From Octopus vulgaris (Eukaryota), in the NCBI GenBank assembly GCA_951406725.2, contig OX597831.1, positions 24,614,001-24,678,000 on the forward strand: a stretch of 64,000 nt of DNA, in the 5' to 3' direction. The position numbers and the translations under genes are program-made. Positions 40,349 to 53,031 of this stretch are shown piece by piece. The first letter of the stretch is position 1. Each line of letters begins with the position of its first letter. The notes beneath the pieces were generated by a model. It ran no database searches, was not told where the DNA came from, and worked only from the letters and a program-made list of their open reading frames with translations.

Positions 40349-40385
40349 TCTCGTTGATGAAGGGTGCTTCCTGAAACGTCGGGTT
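40349..40385 (+). ncRNA. Candidate degenerate minimal hammerhead motif
   Basis: TTGATGA-AGGG TGCT TCCT-GAAA-CG-TC; palindromic stem III ACGT and GUC triplet; C3 is T and stem I is weak. Confidence 0.4.
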
Positions 40386-40606
40386 CCTCTTCTTCCTCAC
40401 AGCATAAATGTTACCGAAATGTTTGAAATTTTGGCACAAAATATAAGAGCCATGAATTAAGTCACTTTGAAAGTTATTAATATCAAACTTTCTTGATACG
40501 AGTTCAAATCCTGCTCAGATTAACTTTGCTAATCATGCCTGTTAGGAATGAGAAAGTTAGTAGCAGGTACACCAGTGTTAAGGTGCTTAAATTCAAGCAT
40601 AAAAGC

Positions 40607-40901
40607 TGGCACTCCATTGGTTATGATAACGCTTGTTCCAGATGAACCGATCTGCAGAAGAGCCTGTCCTTGAAATTAATGTGCAAGTAGCTGAGCACTG
40701 CACAAAATGTGCATACTCTTAATATACTTCTCGGGGAGATTCAGCATGACACATAATGGGACAAGGCTTTTGTCAGCTGTGTAGAATGCAACAGCATGAG
40801 ATTAATTGTCTTGCTGAAGGACACAAAGCGTTACTGGGGATTGAACTCATGACGTTATGATCATGAGCTGAATACCTTAACCACTAAGCTATATGCCTTC
40901 A
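40607..40901 (-). mobile_element. Degenerate SINE family C
   Basis: Reverse complement of the family C head and tail. Confidence 0.75.
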
Positions 40902-40943
40902 CAATCCAAGCACACACATATATGTAGAGATTTTTTGCATATA

Positions 40944-41328
40944 GGCGCAGGACTGTCTGTGTGGTAAGTAGCTTGCTTACCAACCACATGGTTCCAGGTT
41001 CAGTCCCACTGCGTGGCATCTTGGGCAAGTGTCTTCTATCATAGCCTTGAGCCGGCCAAAGCCTTGTGAGTGGATTTGGTAGACGGAAACTGAAAGAAGC
41101 CCATTGTATATATATATGTATATATGTGTGTGTTTGTCACCCCCAACATCACTTGACAACCGATGTTGGTGTGTTTATGTCCCCGTAACTTAGCGGTTTG
41201 GCAAAAGAGACCGATAGAATATGTACTAGGCTTACAAAGAATAAGTCCTGGGGTCGATTTGCTCGACTAAAAGCGGTGCTCCAGCATGGCCGCAGTCAAA
41301 TGACTGAAACAAATAAAAGAATATAAGA
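40944..41328 (+). mobile_element. SINE family A
   Basis: Head through tail conserved. Confidence 0.92.
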
Positions 41329-41874
41329 ATTAGCACAAGTCCACGAATTTTGAACACAGATGTATGTGATCTATTGAATAGTTTTACTACTTGACTGGTT
41401 CTTGTTTTTATTGCACCCAGGTGGCTAAAACTAAAAATTCACTTTGCCAGATATTGAACTCTGAGCATCAAGGACTATAACTAAACGTTACAAGGTATTT
41501 TGTCTATTTTTCTGATGGTTTCAGCATTCTACCATCATTTTACTAATTGTCTGTCCTTATAAACTTATAAATACTGAAAATGTAATTAAGGAAGAAATTA
41601 GACTATTTCAGAATATTTTAATGATAAACTTTCAGCTGCATTTGGTGTGAGAGTATTGACTTGCATTGACTAAATGCAAATGTTGCTGTTGCTGTTATTG
41701 CTGCATAGCCGCAGGTCAAGCCTGACTGAACGGTCTTATGATCAAAAGTGTTTTAAGTACATTGACGTACTGCATATTATATATACAATATATTACATGA
41801 TGTGTGTTCCCTTTAAGAGTGTATGGTGTGATAATTGCACATATATATATACAAAGTCAAACACACACACAAAC

Positions 41875-41955
<81 letters not shown>

Positions 41956-42227
41956 ACATTCGATCACAGCACCAGTAACAGTTAAGCTTTGTGCACTGGC
42001 CATACTCAATAACGAGGGGGCAGCCATAATGTATGTATGTATGTATGTATCCAAAAGTATATAGGAAGTGTACGTGTGTTAATATATATATGCATTTGTA
42101 TATTTATGTATAAGTATTTATATGCATGTGCATTTGTTTGTGTGTATGCAAATATATTATATGTATATATATATATATATAATAAGTATATATATATATT
42201 CTCTTTGTGTTTTCATGTTTGAATTAA

Positions 42228-42270
<43 letters not shown>

Positions 42271-43064
42271 GTGTATGTGTGTATTCGTATATATGATTGT
42301 GTGCATGTTTATAGTTGTAGCTTACCTGAAGACAAATGATACAGCAGTTGACATTTAGTTAATATTGAAACATAAAAGACCAAGTGGATATCTGGAAAAG
42401 CAGACAGACTGCTCTTTTGAATAAGACTTAACAAAAACAGGAATATAATATAAATTTTATTTTGTTGTATGTCCTGCTTGAATAGGCACCTTTTGTCTGA
42501 ATTCCTTATTTGGATATCGAGATTGTGCGATTCTAAAAAAAAAAAAAATTAATGAATTGAACCAGGTTTCTTTGTCAATTGAAACCTTATCTAAAAAATT
42601 AATTTGTAAGAAATACCATTTAACCAATGTTGATATTACATAGAACTGTTGACACTGTAGAAAAGTTAGTTTGGCAAAGAAAATTCAATTCTACAGCAAG
42701 AATTAGATTTGAACTCTACTAAATTATGTTAGTTGATTTAATCAGTGTTCTACTTTGAGTAAGTTGCCTTTCCTTGTTTTGTGCAAGTTTTGTTAAAGCT
42801 TTTAGCATTTATCTATGGTGAATTTTACTTATTTCATTTTAGCTTTCTGTTACTCTACCCTCCTCAACATAATAGGAACACATTCATCATTGTGACCAAT
42901 CTGAATACCTACCGGTTTCAACTCCAACTACCTGTCTATTTGAGGTTTTGTTGCTATTTGGGGATTTGTTGCCCTTTGTCCGTTTCGTTGCTTGCATTGT
43001 CAACAAAGTCTCTGTCTGAAGATTGTTCTGCGGCAGTTACAGGTGTAGCTATATAGCTACAGAC

Positions 43065-43226
43065 ATGGCTGTATGGTAAGAAGTTTGCTTCTCAACCATG
43101 TGGTTCTGGGTTCAGTACCATAGAGTGGCACCTTAGGCAATTATTGCTTACTATATAGCCTTGGGCCAACCTAAGCTTTCGGAATGTATTTGATAGATGG
43201 AAACTGAAAGAAACCCATCTCATAAT

Positions 43227-43264
<38 letters not shown>

Positions 43265-43460
43265 TGAGTGTTTTTGTCCCCCACCACCACTTGACAACTG
43301 GTGTTGTCATGTTTACATTTCTGTAACTTAGCAGTTTGGCAAAAGAGACAAATAGAATATGTAAGAGGATTTTAAAACTAAAAGTACGGAATCAATTCAT
43401 TTGACTAAAATTATTGAATTTGGTGCCCCAGCATGGCCACATTCCAATGATTGAAACAAA
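43065..43460 (+). mobile_element. Older SINE family A
   Basis: Diverged head, (TG)n middle, tail CCCAGCATGGCCACATTCCAATGATTGAAAC. Confidence 0.8.
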
Positions 43461-43607
43461 TAGTAAACAGTAATAAACAGGGAGAGAGACAAATACAATG
43501 CCCAAATAGGAAATCTCACTGTACTGTATAGCTGTATAGGCTCACATTATCAGAGGGAGTCTAAGATAAGAAAGGGGTTTCTATGTAGTGGCACAACCTG
43601 ATAGAAA

Positions 43608-44148
43608 TATTGGGCTGTTCGGAAAGTACATGCCGATTTTTAAAGGAAAGATAAAGGTCAAAAAATACTTGCCATTACATTTTTAATCAACCAAATATGA
43701 ACCATTCTATTGCATAATGCATCTCCATCTTTCCTGTAACTTGAAAATACCCTCTTCCCAGAATTGAGGTGATTTCAAGGCAAAGAATTCATCAAGGTAT
43801 CTTTTTACGGCATCCAAGGAATTGAAATTTTTACCATTAAGACTATTCTGCAGAGACCTGAATAAGTGGAAATCCAAAGGAGCAATATCTGGTGAATATG
43901 GAGGGTGGGGTAACATGTCCAAGCCGAGCTGCAGCAATTTTTGTCTGGTTCCCAAAGCATCAAGTGCCGAAAATGAACTTTCTTATCTTCCATTTGAAAG
44001 GGTTACAGAATTAACACAGGTTATAGGAACATAAACCTTCTTCCAAGAAAAGATAGCTTAAACTGTGCTCTAAATGGAGGTGTAGTAAAATCCTATTTAA
44101 TGGACTCAAACATGTTCTAACATAAGCTGAAATGTAAGCTACTATAAA
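43608..44148 (-). mobile_element. Internally deleted mariner transposon (transposase pseudogene), one TIR present
   Basis: TA plus TIR TTGGGCTGTTCGGAAAGTACATGCCGATTT; C-terminal LPHPPYSPDIAPLDFHLFRSLQNSL (YSPDLAP motif) at 43707-43955; N-terminus MEDKKVHFRHLMLW fused out of frame. Confidence 0.9.
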
Positions 44149-44149
44149 C

Positions 44150-44548
44150 CAGTTATCCCACATTCTGTAATTTCAATGGAAACATTTATCCCATATACAG
44201 TATTCCCAATAAAAAGTGTTATCCCATTTCTAATATTCCCAATAAAGGTGTTATCCCACACATGGTACTCCCAGTGAATTAGCTATTTTATAGACATTCA
44301 CAATAAAATATTTATCCAACGTTCCATAATTTCAATGGAAGCATTTATCTCATACACAATGTTCCCAATAAAAAGTGTTACCCCATTTCTAATATTCCCA
44401 ATTAAGGTGTTATCTCATTTCTAATATTCCCAATAAAGGTGTTATCCCATTTCTAATATTCCCAATAAAGGTGTTATCCCACATATAGTATTCCCAATAA
44501 AATAGCTATTCTATACACAACGTTTACAATAAACAGTTATCCCATTTA
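44150..44548. repeat. 32-33-bp minisatellite with higher-order structure
   Basis: Unit TTATCCCATTTCTAATATTCCCAATAAAGGTG; variant order A-B-C-D, A-B-C-C-C-D. Confidence 0.88.
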
Positions 44549-45123
44549 TCACAGGAAGAATATTTCCATTAACAATATCACTACACAGTATCCCAGCATC
44601 TACCAATTACATGGTTTGCATCCATGACCCATTAAGAGCAAAGAGCCTCTGCCAAGTGTTCCAGCACTGGGTTACTGCTGTGTGATAATTTGATCTTAGC
44701 ACTGCATACCTACCAATGCTTTCTTATCAATTATGTACTATTTCACCAACTCTCACTATACCACCACCACAACCACCACCACCACCACCGCTATTTAAAG
44801 TGGTGAATGTATGTGGCATATGTGTTAAGAGCTAAAATGCAGTAAAATATTTCTCAGTAAATGATAAATCTAAGCATATAGTTAATGGTTTGTTACCACC
44901 AAGGGGCTTTGAGGTTTTGAAGCAATTACATTTCTTATTTATCTATAATTCTCAAAGAGTCAACGAAATAAATAAAGCAAGCAATCATTTTAAGTTATGC
45001 AATAGACTGTAGTTCATCTCTTTTTCTCTCTCTTGTGAATATTTCTCACAGTAAAGTGCTATCTGCTGTTATGTATGCACATTGTTCTCTCTCTATGCTT
45101 CTAACACACATACACACACACAC

Positions 45124-45155
<32 letters not shown>

Positions 45156-45293
45156 CATTTTTTGTCTTTTAATATTAAAATGTGAATAAATTCTCTGAAA
45201 ACAATAACTTTAATCTGAATCCCATATCTCTCTTTCATGAGATTCCTAAGTTATGAAAGGAACTATTCCCTATACAATGTAAAGAAACGCAGA

Positions 45294-45303
45294 AATAATA
45301 ATA

Positions 45304-45388
<85 letters not shown>

Positions 45389-45506
45389 TAACAATAATAA
45401 CAACAATAATAATGATGATAATAATAATAATAATAATAACAACAATAATAATAATGATAATAATAATAATAATAACAATAATAATAATCATAATAATAAC
45501 AACAAC

Positions 45507-45540
<34 letters not shown>
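45294..45540. repeat. (AAT)n microsatellite
   Basis: Direct reading; poly-N/I/L ORF artefacts. Confidence 0.97.
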
Positions 45541-45541
<1 letters not shown>

Positions 45542-46221
45542 TGGCAACAACAAATGAAATTACAGATAAAATAAAAATTTAAGTGGAAATTTCTTTTTTT
45601 AAATTATATTTCCTTATTTTTTTTTACCATTTATTTGGTAAAAACAAATTGATTAACATCCATGTCTGTGAATATATTAGATGCAATAATGGTGTGATTG
45701 GTTACTAGAATGGTTGGGAGGAAACGGTGAACAATCTCATTAAATATCCTCCTTTCAGTGTGTCATCTTTATTCTTCTTCTGTGATATTTCAACCAGAAA
45801 GTCCACATGGCTTTCATCCCTTTGGTGGTTTACAAAATATGGATGCCGGCATGGCTGTATGGTTAAGAAGTTTGCTCCATAACTACATGGTTCTCTGCTT
45901 AATCTCATATTGTAACACATCGGGAAAGTGTCTCCTAATTCAGTCTCAGACTATTGGAATAGAATTTTGCAGACAAAATCTGTTGGAACCCACAGGCAGA
46001 ACTAACTGTTCCTGGTTTGCCGGATGTAAACTTAATCTATCACTTAAAGTCCATTCTGTTATACAAATAAGGACCAGATCCCTGATCTGAAAATAACTTC
46101 CTCACATCAGTCATAGGGACCCCAGACAAGGGTCATGATTACTGTATTTCCTTCCCTAATTGGGCTTGGTTCTTTTGACTCTGAAAATGTATGACCTTAT
46201 TAGAAATCTATTTTTATCATT

Positions 46222-46868
46222 AAAGTGGTGAGCTGGCAGAAACGTTAGCATGCCAGTTGAAATGCTTAGCGGTATTTCGTCTGCCGCTACGTTCTGAGTT
46301 CAAATTCCGCCGAGGTCAAATTTGCCTTTCATCCTTTCGGGGTCGATAAATAAAATACCAGTTACGCACTGGGGTTGATATATCGACTTAATCCACTAGT
46401 CTGTCCTTGTTTGTTCCTTCTGTGTTTAGCCCCATGTGGGTAGTAAAGAAATGGGTATTCCATCTGCCACCACATTCTGAGTTCAAATTCCGCCAAGGTC
46501 AACTTCGCTTTTCATTCTGTTGTGGTCAATGTAATCGACTAGTCTCCTCCCCATAAATTACAGGCCTTGAGCCTATAGTACAAAAGATTATCATCATCAT
46601 CATCATTATTACTATTATTATTATTATTATTATTATCATTATTATTATTATTAAGACGGTGAGCTGACAGAATCATTAGCACAATGGGCAAAATACTTAG
46701 CAGCACTTTGTGTCTTTAACATTCTGTGTTCAAATTCTGGCAAGGTTTACTTTGCTTTTCAACCCTTTGGGGATCAATAAAATAAATACCATTTGAGCAC
46801 TGGGGGTCAATTCAATTGACTTACTGCCTCTCTGGAAATTACTGGCCTTGTGCCAAAATTTGAAATCC
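46222..46868 (+). mobile_element. SINE family B dimer (46222-46590) plus old monomer (46653-46868)
   Basis: Full unit ending AAAGAAATG, GGTATTCC restart at ~46453; separate diverged copy after (ATT)n. Confidence 0.85.
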
Positions 46869-47528
46869 ACTATTGTTGTTGTTGGGGAAATGGATTTGCA
46901 ATATCCATAAAGTACAAAACTCGTGGTATCATCGTCGTCGTCATCATCATCTTCACCACTGCTTTCATCATCATCATCATAATCACCACTATCAACACCA
47001 TTATCATCATCATCATTAGCATCAATGACTGATCAGTAAATGCTAACATCATTATCTGCTAATCTGTTCTAGTCTAATACATGTTTGTTTGATATAAGAC
47101 TGAATGGTTTCATCATTAGATGTAATAAAAAAAAAACAGCAAAAAAGGTAATAAAAAGGTAACCTTTGTAGTAAATTTTTTTTAGTTTTTTTTTTGTCTT
47201 TTTTTTTTCTGTTCTTCCAAAGAATCATTTTAGTGATTCTGACACCTGATTCGATATTTCCTAACATTTCAAGAGAAAAACAAAGATAAAAATCAATTTA
47301 GTTTTGTCCATGGGAAAAAAAAAAGACTATTTTTGTGTGTATAATTATAATGGAGATGACAGAGATAAGAGGGAATTCAGATGAATTCCACTTAGATTTC
47401 TTTTAATGCTACATCAATATCCCAGACAAAAACTAAATACAAGACAGATTACAGGTAATATGGTTTGAGGGGAAACTATGTGAAGACTCTCAGCCTACTA
47501 GAAATAGCAGAAAAATTTCCCTCTTATA

Positions 47529-47840
47529 GATTTCTTTATTGGCCACACTGGGCTAAACACAGAAGGGACAAAATACAAAGTAGAGCTTTTCTTTTTGGGA
47601 AGAAAAGAAGGGGGAAAATATTTAAAAAAAAAAAACGGTATAGGTGAATTCCGATCAAAAGGGATCACGAAAAGGGGGGGGATTCCGATCAAAAGGGATT
47701 GTGAAAAGAAAATGGGGGCAATCAATAGGTATCGTGTATCACAGAAATGTCAATGTATAAAGAGAAAACAGATTAGGTTTGTCCGTGGATAGAAAAGCCT
47801 ACGGAAAAGTCCATGGGAACCTTGGGCAATAGTGTCATGC
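47529..47840 (-). mobile_element. Second copy of the retroelement segment sharing the SINE-B tail
   Basis: Reverse complement of 39221-39469 with a local duplication of ATTCCGATCAAAAGGGAT. Confidence 0.7.
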
Positions 47841-47861
47841 AAAAAGAAAATACATTATATG

Positions 47862-47948
<87 letters not shown>

Positions 47949-48065
47949 TCACACACATACATAATACAGCTTGAAAGGCAGCTGGCTGTAGCAAATCTGC
48001 CTCAATAAATGCTGTCAAACCCATACAAGCATGGAAAAGTGGACGTTAAAACATTGATGACAATG

Positions 48066-48184
<119 letters not shown>

Positions 48185-48308
48185 GTTGTATTGATTACTA
48201 CATTATTACATATGAAAGTAATCAACTTTGATTGAACGTATTGCAGTGATGTCAGTATAGAATACACCCATTCACACACACATCAACGATATAAATGCAA
48301 AATACATA

Positions 48309-48345
<37 letters not shown>

Positions 48346-48677
48346 TCTGACTCACTCTAATGCAGACTATTATGCCACAAAGTAAAGAAAGAAAGCATTC
48401 AACACACGTCATGAAATTTAACTTCACTAAAATTTCATTGGAAATATTAATCAAAGTAAAGGGAAAATATTTATGAACTTGATATAAAAATTGTCTTCTC
48501 TTCAGTACCATCAAGAACTAAGATACTGGCCCTACTACATATCCTTATCATCATCACTAACCTCATCATCATTCTTAGTATCAATGACTAGCCTTATTTA
48601 CCATTTAATATCATTAACCTTAGCTAGCAGTTGTGGTCAATTCAATGCTCAGAATTAAGCATTCAAATGATCTGATT

Positions 48678-48891
48678 TCTCTTTTACTCTTTTACTTGTT
48701 TCAGTCATTTGACTGTGGCCATGCTGGAGCACCACCTTTAGTCGAGCAAATCGACCCCCAGGACTTATTCTTTGTAAGCTTAGTACTTATTCTAGCGGTC
48801 TCTTTTGCCAACTGCTAAGTTACGGGGTCGTAAACACACCAGCATCGGTTGTCAAGTGCTGTTTGGGGGACAAACACAGACACAAACATAT

Positions 48892-48938
<47 letters not shown>

Positions 48939-49100
48939 ATGGGATTCATTCAGTTTCCGTCTACCAAATCCACTCACAAGACTTTGGTCAGCCCGAGACT
49001 ATAGTAGAAGACACTTGCCCAAGGTGCCATGCAGTGGGACTGAACCCAGATGTATGTGGCTAGTAAGCAAGCTACTTACTACACAGCCACTCCTGCGCCC
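48678..49100 (-). mobile_element. SINE family A, full length
   Basis: Reverse-complement head and tail. Confidence 0.92.
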
Positions 49101-49599
49101 TGTTTGTATTTACAAATTAAGAAGTACTCAGTAAATAGGGTTTGTACACGTTATTAGAATCTGAAGCTTCTTGAATCACTAATCTGAGCTTTGCATTGTC
49201 AAAATAGTTGAAAGTATAAAGTGTGACAATACAGAAGCAAAACTATTTGTGAACACATCCAAACTGATTACTTGCTTAGAAGACCATTTAAAAATGTTCC
49301 GCACATTCATCTATTCACTTATTGTATATTGAAAACTTGATACGATGACCTTGTCACATGCAGAAACACATATTTTCATGCCTTCAGTATTTATATGTAT
49401 AAAACACAAAAGCAGTAAATGCCAGTGGAAGTGTTTGCAATATCTGACCAATTCCAGTTAGTGATGAAATTTTCAAAGAGTTATATATACAGTGTTATAC
49501 ATCCCCAAGAGAATTAAAATCACTTCATTGGGAGCCAGGGAGGTAGATTTCAGTACCATATTGGACCAAATGATTTCATTACTAATATTTATTGTCTCT

Positions 49600-49811
49600 G
49601 TTTTACTCTTTTACTTGTTTCAGTCCTTTGACTGTGGCCGTGCTGGAGCACCACCTTTAGTCAAGCAAATCGACCCCAGGACTTATTTTTTGTAAGCCTA
49701 GTACTTATTCTATCGGTCTATTTTGCAGAACAGCTAATTTACGGGGACATAAACACACCAGCATCGGTCGTCAAGTGATGTTGGTGGGGACAAACACAGG
49801 CACACAAACAT

Positions 49812-49850
<39 letters not shown>

Positions 49851-50012
49851 ACGGGCTTCTTTCAGTTTCCATCTACCAAATCCACTCACAAGGCTTTGGT
49901 CGGCCCGAGGCTATAGTAGAAGACATTTGCCCAAGGTGCCACACAGTGCGACTGAACCCAGAACCATGTGGTTGGTAAGCAAGCTACTTACCACACAGCC
50001 ACTCCTACGCCT
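49600..50012 (-). mobile_element. SINE family A, full length
   Basis: Reverse-complement head and tail. Confidence 0.92.
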
Positions 50013-51252
50013 GTCCTTTAAATTTCACATATATTTTGATAGCATGGTGGTGAGGTATCTTTCTGTGTGACTGAATGTGTATATTTTGCAAAGACCATTT
50101 TAAAATGATTTTTATATGCTGTGTTTAGGTTTTTACTTCAATGCTGTAACTAAGATGACCATAGCCCTACAAAGTAACACTTTAAAAAGACACATATTGT
50201 TAAGAGAATAAACAGGAATTATTGTAAATACATACAGAAGCAAACTTTTGTATGTTTGTACTGGAAAGTTTTTGTTAATTTTTCTTTGGCTGTAGTAGCA
50301 AGGAAATTTTTGGTACAACTGTAGTTCATCTTGATTCTATTTTTAATGAAGATCGTTCCTGAAATTCCTGTATGTGTGTGTGTGTACACAAAAATGCTTC
50401 TTTATTTGATTTAGGAAAATCTTACTATCACTGAAGCAAATAAGCCGTATGCTGTGTCATACCATATAACATTTTGTTTCCTTTATTTTGTGGTTTTGAA
50501 TATTAATGATGTTCTGTATATAATATATTCTGACATTGGTGCCTCTGTTCATGAATCTGGATGTGTTCATATACTGTTCTGAGAAGAGAAAATTGACATT
50601 TTAGAATTGACTATTTGTCTGAGAATAAGAAAAGGTTAATTTTCTGTTTCCTCTCAGACAAAGGATCAATTTTGACTTGTGGGGTTCCTCTCCATATTAC
50701 GACATAGAATCTCATAAAAATTTATGAATTTCACTTTACCGTATTTTCTAGAATAAGCAATACCAATTCATTCACGCTCTCTTCCTGACCATAATTCTAT
50801 AGACATGTGTGCATGTGAATGTATATTTTTTGACAGTGTTGTTGAAAACTAAAAAAAAATCCAAACAAGAAGGAAATGTCTTGAGATTTTCATTTAGCAT
50901 TTAGACAGACAACCTCTTGTCAATCTCGCTGTCAGAAAAGCAGTAAATCAAAAGCTGGATCATTGGAAACTTGTGACCAATGGTGATCATTCTATCAATA
51001 CTGACTGTCTTCTGTGTTATCTCATTTGTGAGGTCCAACATTATGACATTTGACGTTACCTTTTTCACATCTTTCTTTTACAAAAGCTGACAGTGTGTTT
51101 TATAAAATATATATATATATATATATAGATAGATAGGTTCAGATGAATATGGTACTTAAGTTGAGGAACCAGAATTTAGTATGGTATTATCCATACAATT
51201 TAAAATAAGGTGTTTATAATCAAAATAAGCAACAAGGATATCCAGAGGTAAT

Positions 51253-51337
51253 GCTGTACGATCGTTTCATGCAACTCCATTTAATTGAACAATGCAAACA
51301 TTACATCAATTTAAAATGTAGAGCAATCTTCAGCTGC
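51253..51337 (-). ncRNA. Candidate type I hammerhead ribozyme in a (TA)-flanked island (~51127-51455)
   Basis: Minus strand GCAG-CTGAAGA-TTGC...long imperfect stem II...GCAT-GAAA-CGATCG-TA-CAGC; both core boxes intact; palindromic stem III ACGATCGT; stem I has 3 of 4 pairs. Confidence 0.55.
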
Positions 51338-51786
51338 CCCCAAAAACATAGAATTTAATTAAATTTGAAGGACATATTAGTATAATTTTATCCAAAATCT
51401 TCAAGAGGATAAGGAAATAAACAAAGAACATGTTTTACCAACAACATCCCAGTTATTATATATATCACAATAATGTATGAGACAAAACAATCAAACCAAT
51501 GAATAAATATTGAGAAATTGAGATGCAAGTAGGCTTGTGTGTAGGATACTATATTTACACATTAAGAAGAAATTTAACTTAGATAATTGTAAATTTTTCT
51601 CAAGAGGAGCAATGGAGCAAAGTATTTAAATTTCTATTGATAAAAAATAATGGAGATATGTATAGAGGAAATAAGTTGGTAGCTATAGAGACAGCTGTAG
51701 ACATGTTTCTGTCTTATATTTCCTCATTGAGCTGTATATAACACAGAGATACCAAACCACAGAATATCTTGATGACTGTAGTATAT

Positions 51787-52008
51787 ATTTCTTTATTGCC
51801 CACAGGGGGCTAAACATAGAGAGGACAAACAAAGGGATTAAGTCGATTACCTAGACCCCAGTGCATAACTGGTACTTATTTAATTGACCCTGAAATGATG
51901 AAAGGTAAAGTTGACCTCAGCAGAATTTGAGCTCATTTCATAACCGCAGACGAAATACCGCTAAGTATATCGCCCGGCATGCTAACGATTCTGCCAGCTT
52001 GCTGCCCT
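51787..52008 (-). mobile_element. SINE family B with target-site duplication
   Basis: GACTGTAGTATA at 51775-51786 and 52013-52024. Confidence 0.88.
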
Positions 52009-52585
52009 GAAGACTGTAGTATAGCCCATACATAAGGTTATTTAAATTACTATGCAGTTATTATTTGTATGTGTGTGTGTGTGTTCATTCCAAGACACTA
52101 CAAGGGCATAACAGTCAATGACTTCAAAAAAGGATATACACAACATATGCACTCTTTCAGATGCAAGGAAAATCGAGAAACTATCTTAAATTTGTCTCAT
52201 TTCCTTTTACTTGATCTCCAAATGTCTGAATAGCTAAGTTCATTTTATGAGCCTAGGAAGCCTTAAGTTGCATGGAGCAGAGTCAAACTCTTATTAAACA
52301 ATATATGAACTCCTACCATATGTGTGAAGTTCTACTTTCATTTGTCCACTCACTCATATGTGTGTGTATGTGTTTGTGAGTGTATATATGTGTGTTTGTG
52401 TGTATATGTGTAGTGACATGTAACCTGAGATCATGTGGTTGCAAAGTAAATATTGTAATCACTTTGCCATGGTTGTGCCTATATATATGTGTGTGTGTGT
52501 GTATCTCGGCTGCTAACTTGTGAATGAAGATTAAGCTATATTTCATTTATTGGTCACTACTTGACATGCATGAAATCAAATTCAA

Positions 52586-53031
52586 TGACTGGCATCCATG
52601 CTAGTGGAGCGCTAAGAGCACCATCCAAGCATGATTGTTGCCAGAGCAGCTAACTAGCTTCTGTGCTGGTGGCACCTAAAAAGCACCATTCAAGCATGAT
52701 CGTTACCAGCATTGCTTTACTGGCACGTGAAAAAACATTCGAGTGAGGTCGATGCCAGTGCTGCTGGACTGGCTTCTGTGCAGGTGGCACGTAAAAAACA
52801 CCATTTGAGCATGGCCGTTGCCAGTACCACCTGACTGGCCCTCGTGCTGGTGGCATGTAAAAACATCCACTACACTCTCGGAGTGGTTGGCGTTAGGAAG
52901 AGCATCAAGCTGTAGAAATTCTGCCAGATCAAGACTGGAGCCTGGTGCAGCCATCTGGTTCGCCATTCCTCAGTCAAATCGTCCAACCCATGCTAGCATG
53001 GAAAGTGGATGTTAAACAATGATGACGATGA
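52586..53031 (+). mobile_element. SINE family D, long copy with internal tandem repeats
   Basis: Repeated TGGCAC.TRAAAAR.CA units, GGTTGGCGTTAGGAAGAGCATC, (ATG)n tail. Confidence 0.87.

Noticed and set aside
44150-44548. CRISPR-like periodicity of about 32 bp
   Set aside because: Units are contiguous with no unique spacers, there are no cas genes, and the context is eukaryotic
45237-45582. Poly-Asn, poly-Ile and poly-Leu ORFs (also 28144-28414, 58629-58841)
   Set aside because: Translations of (AAT)n tracts
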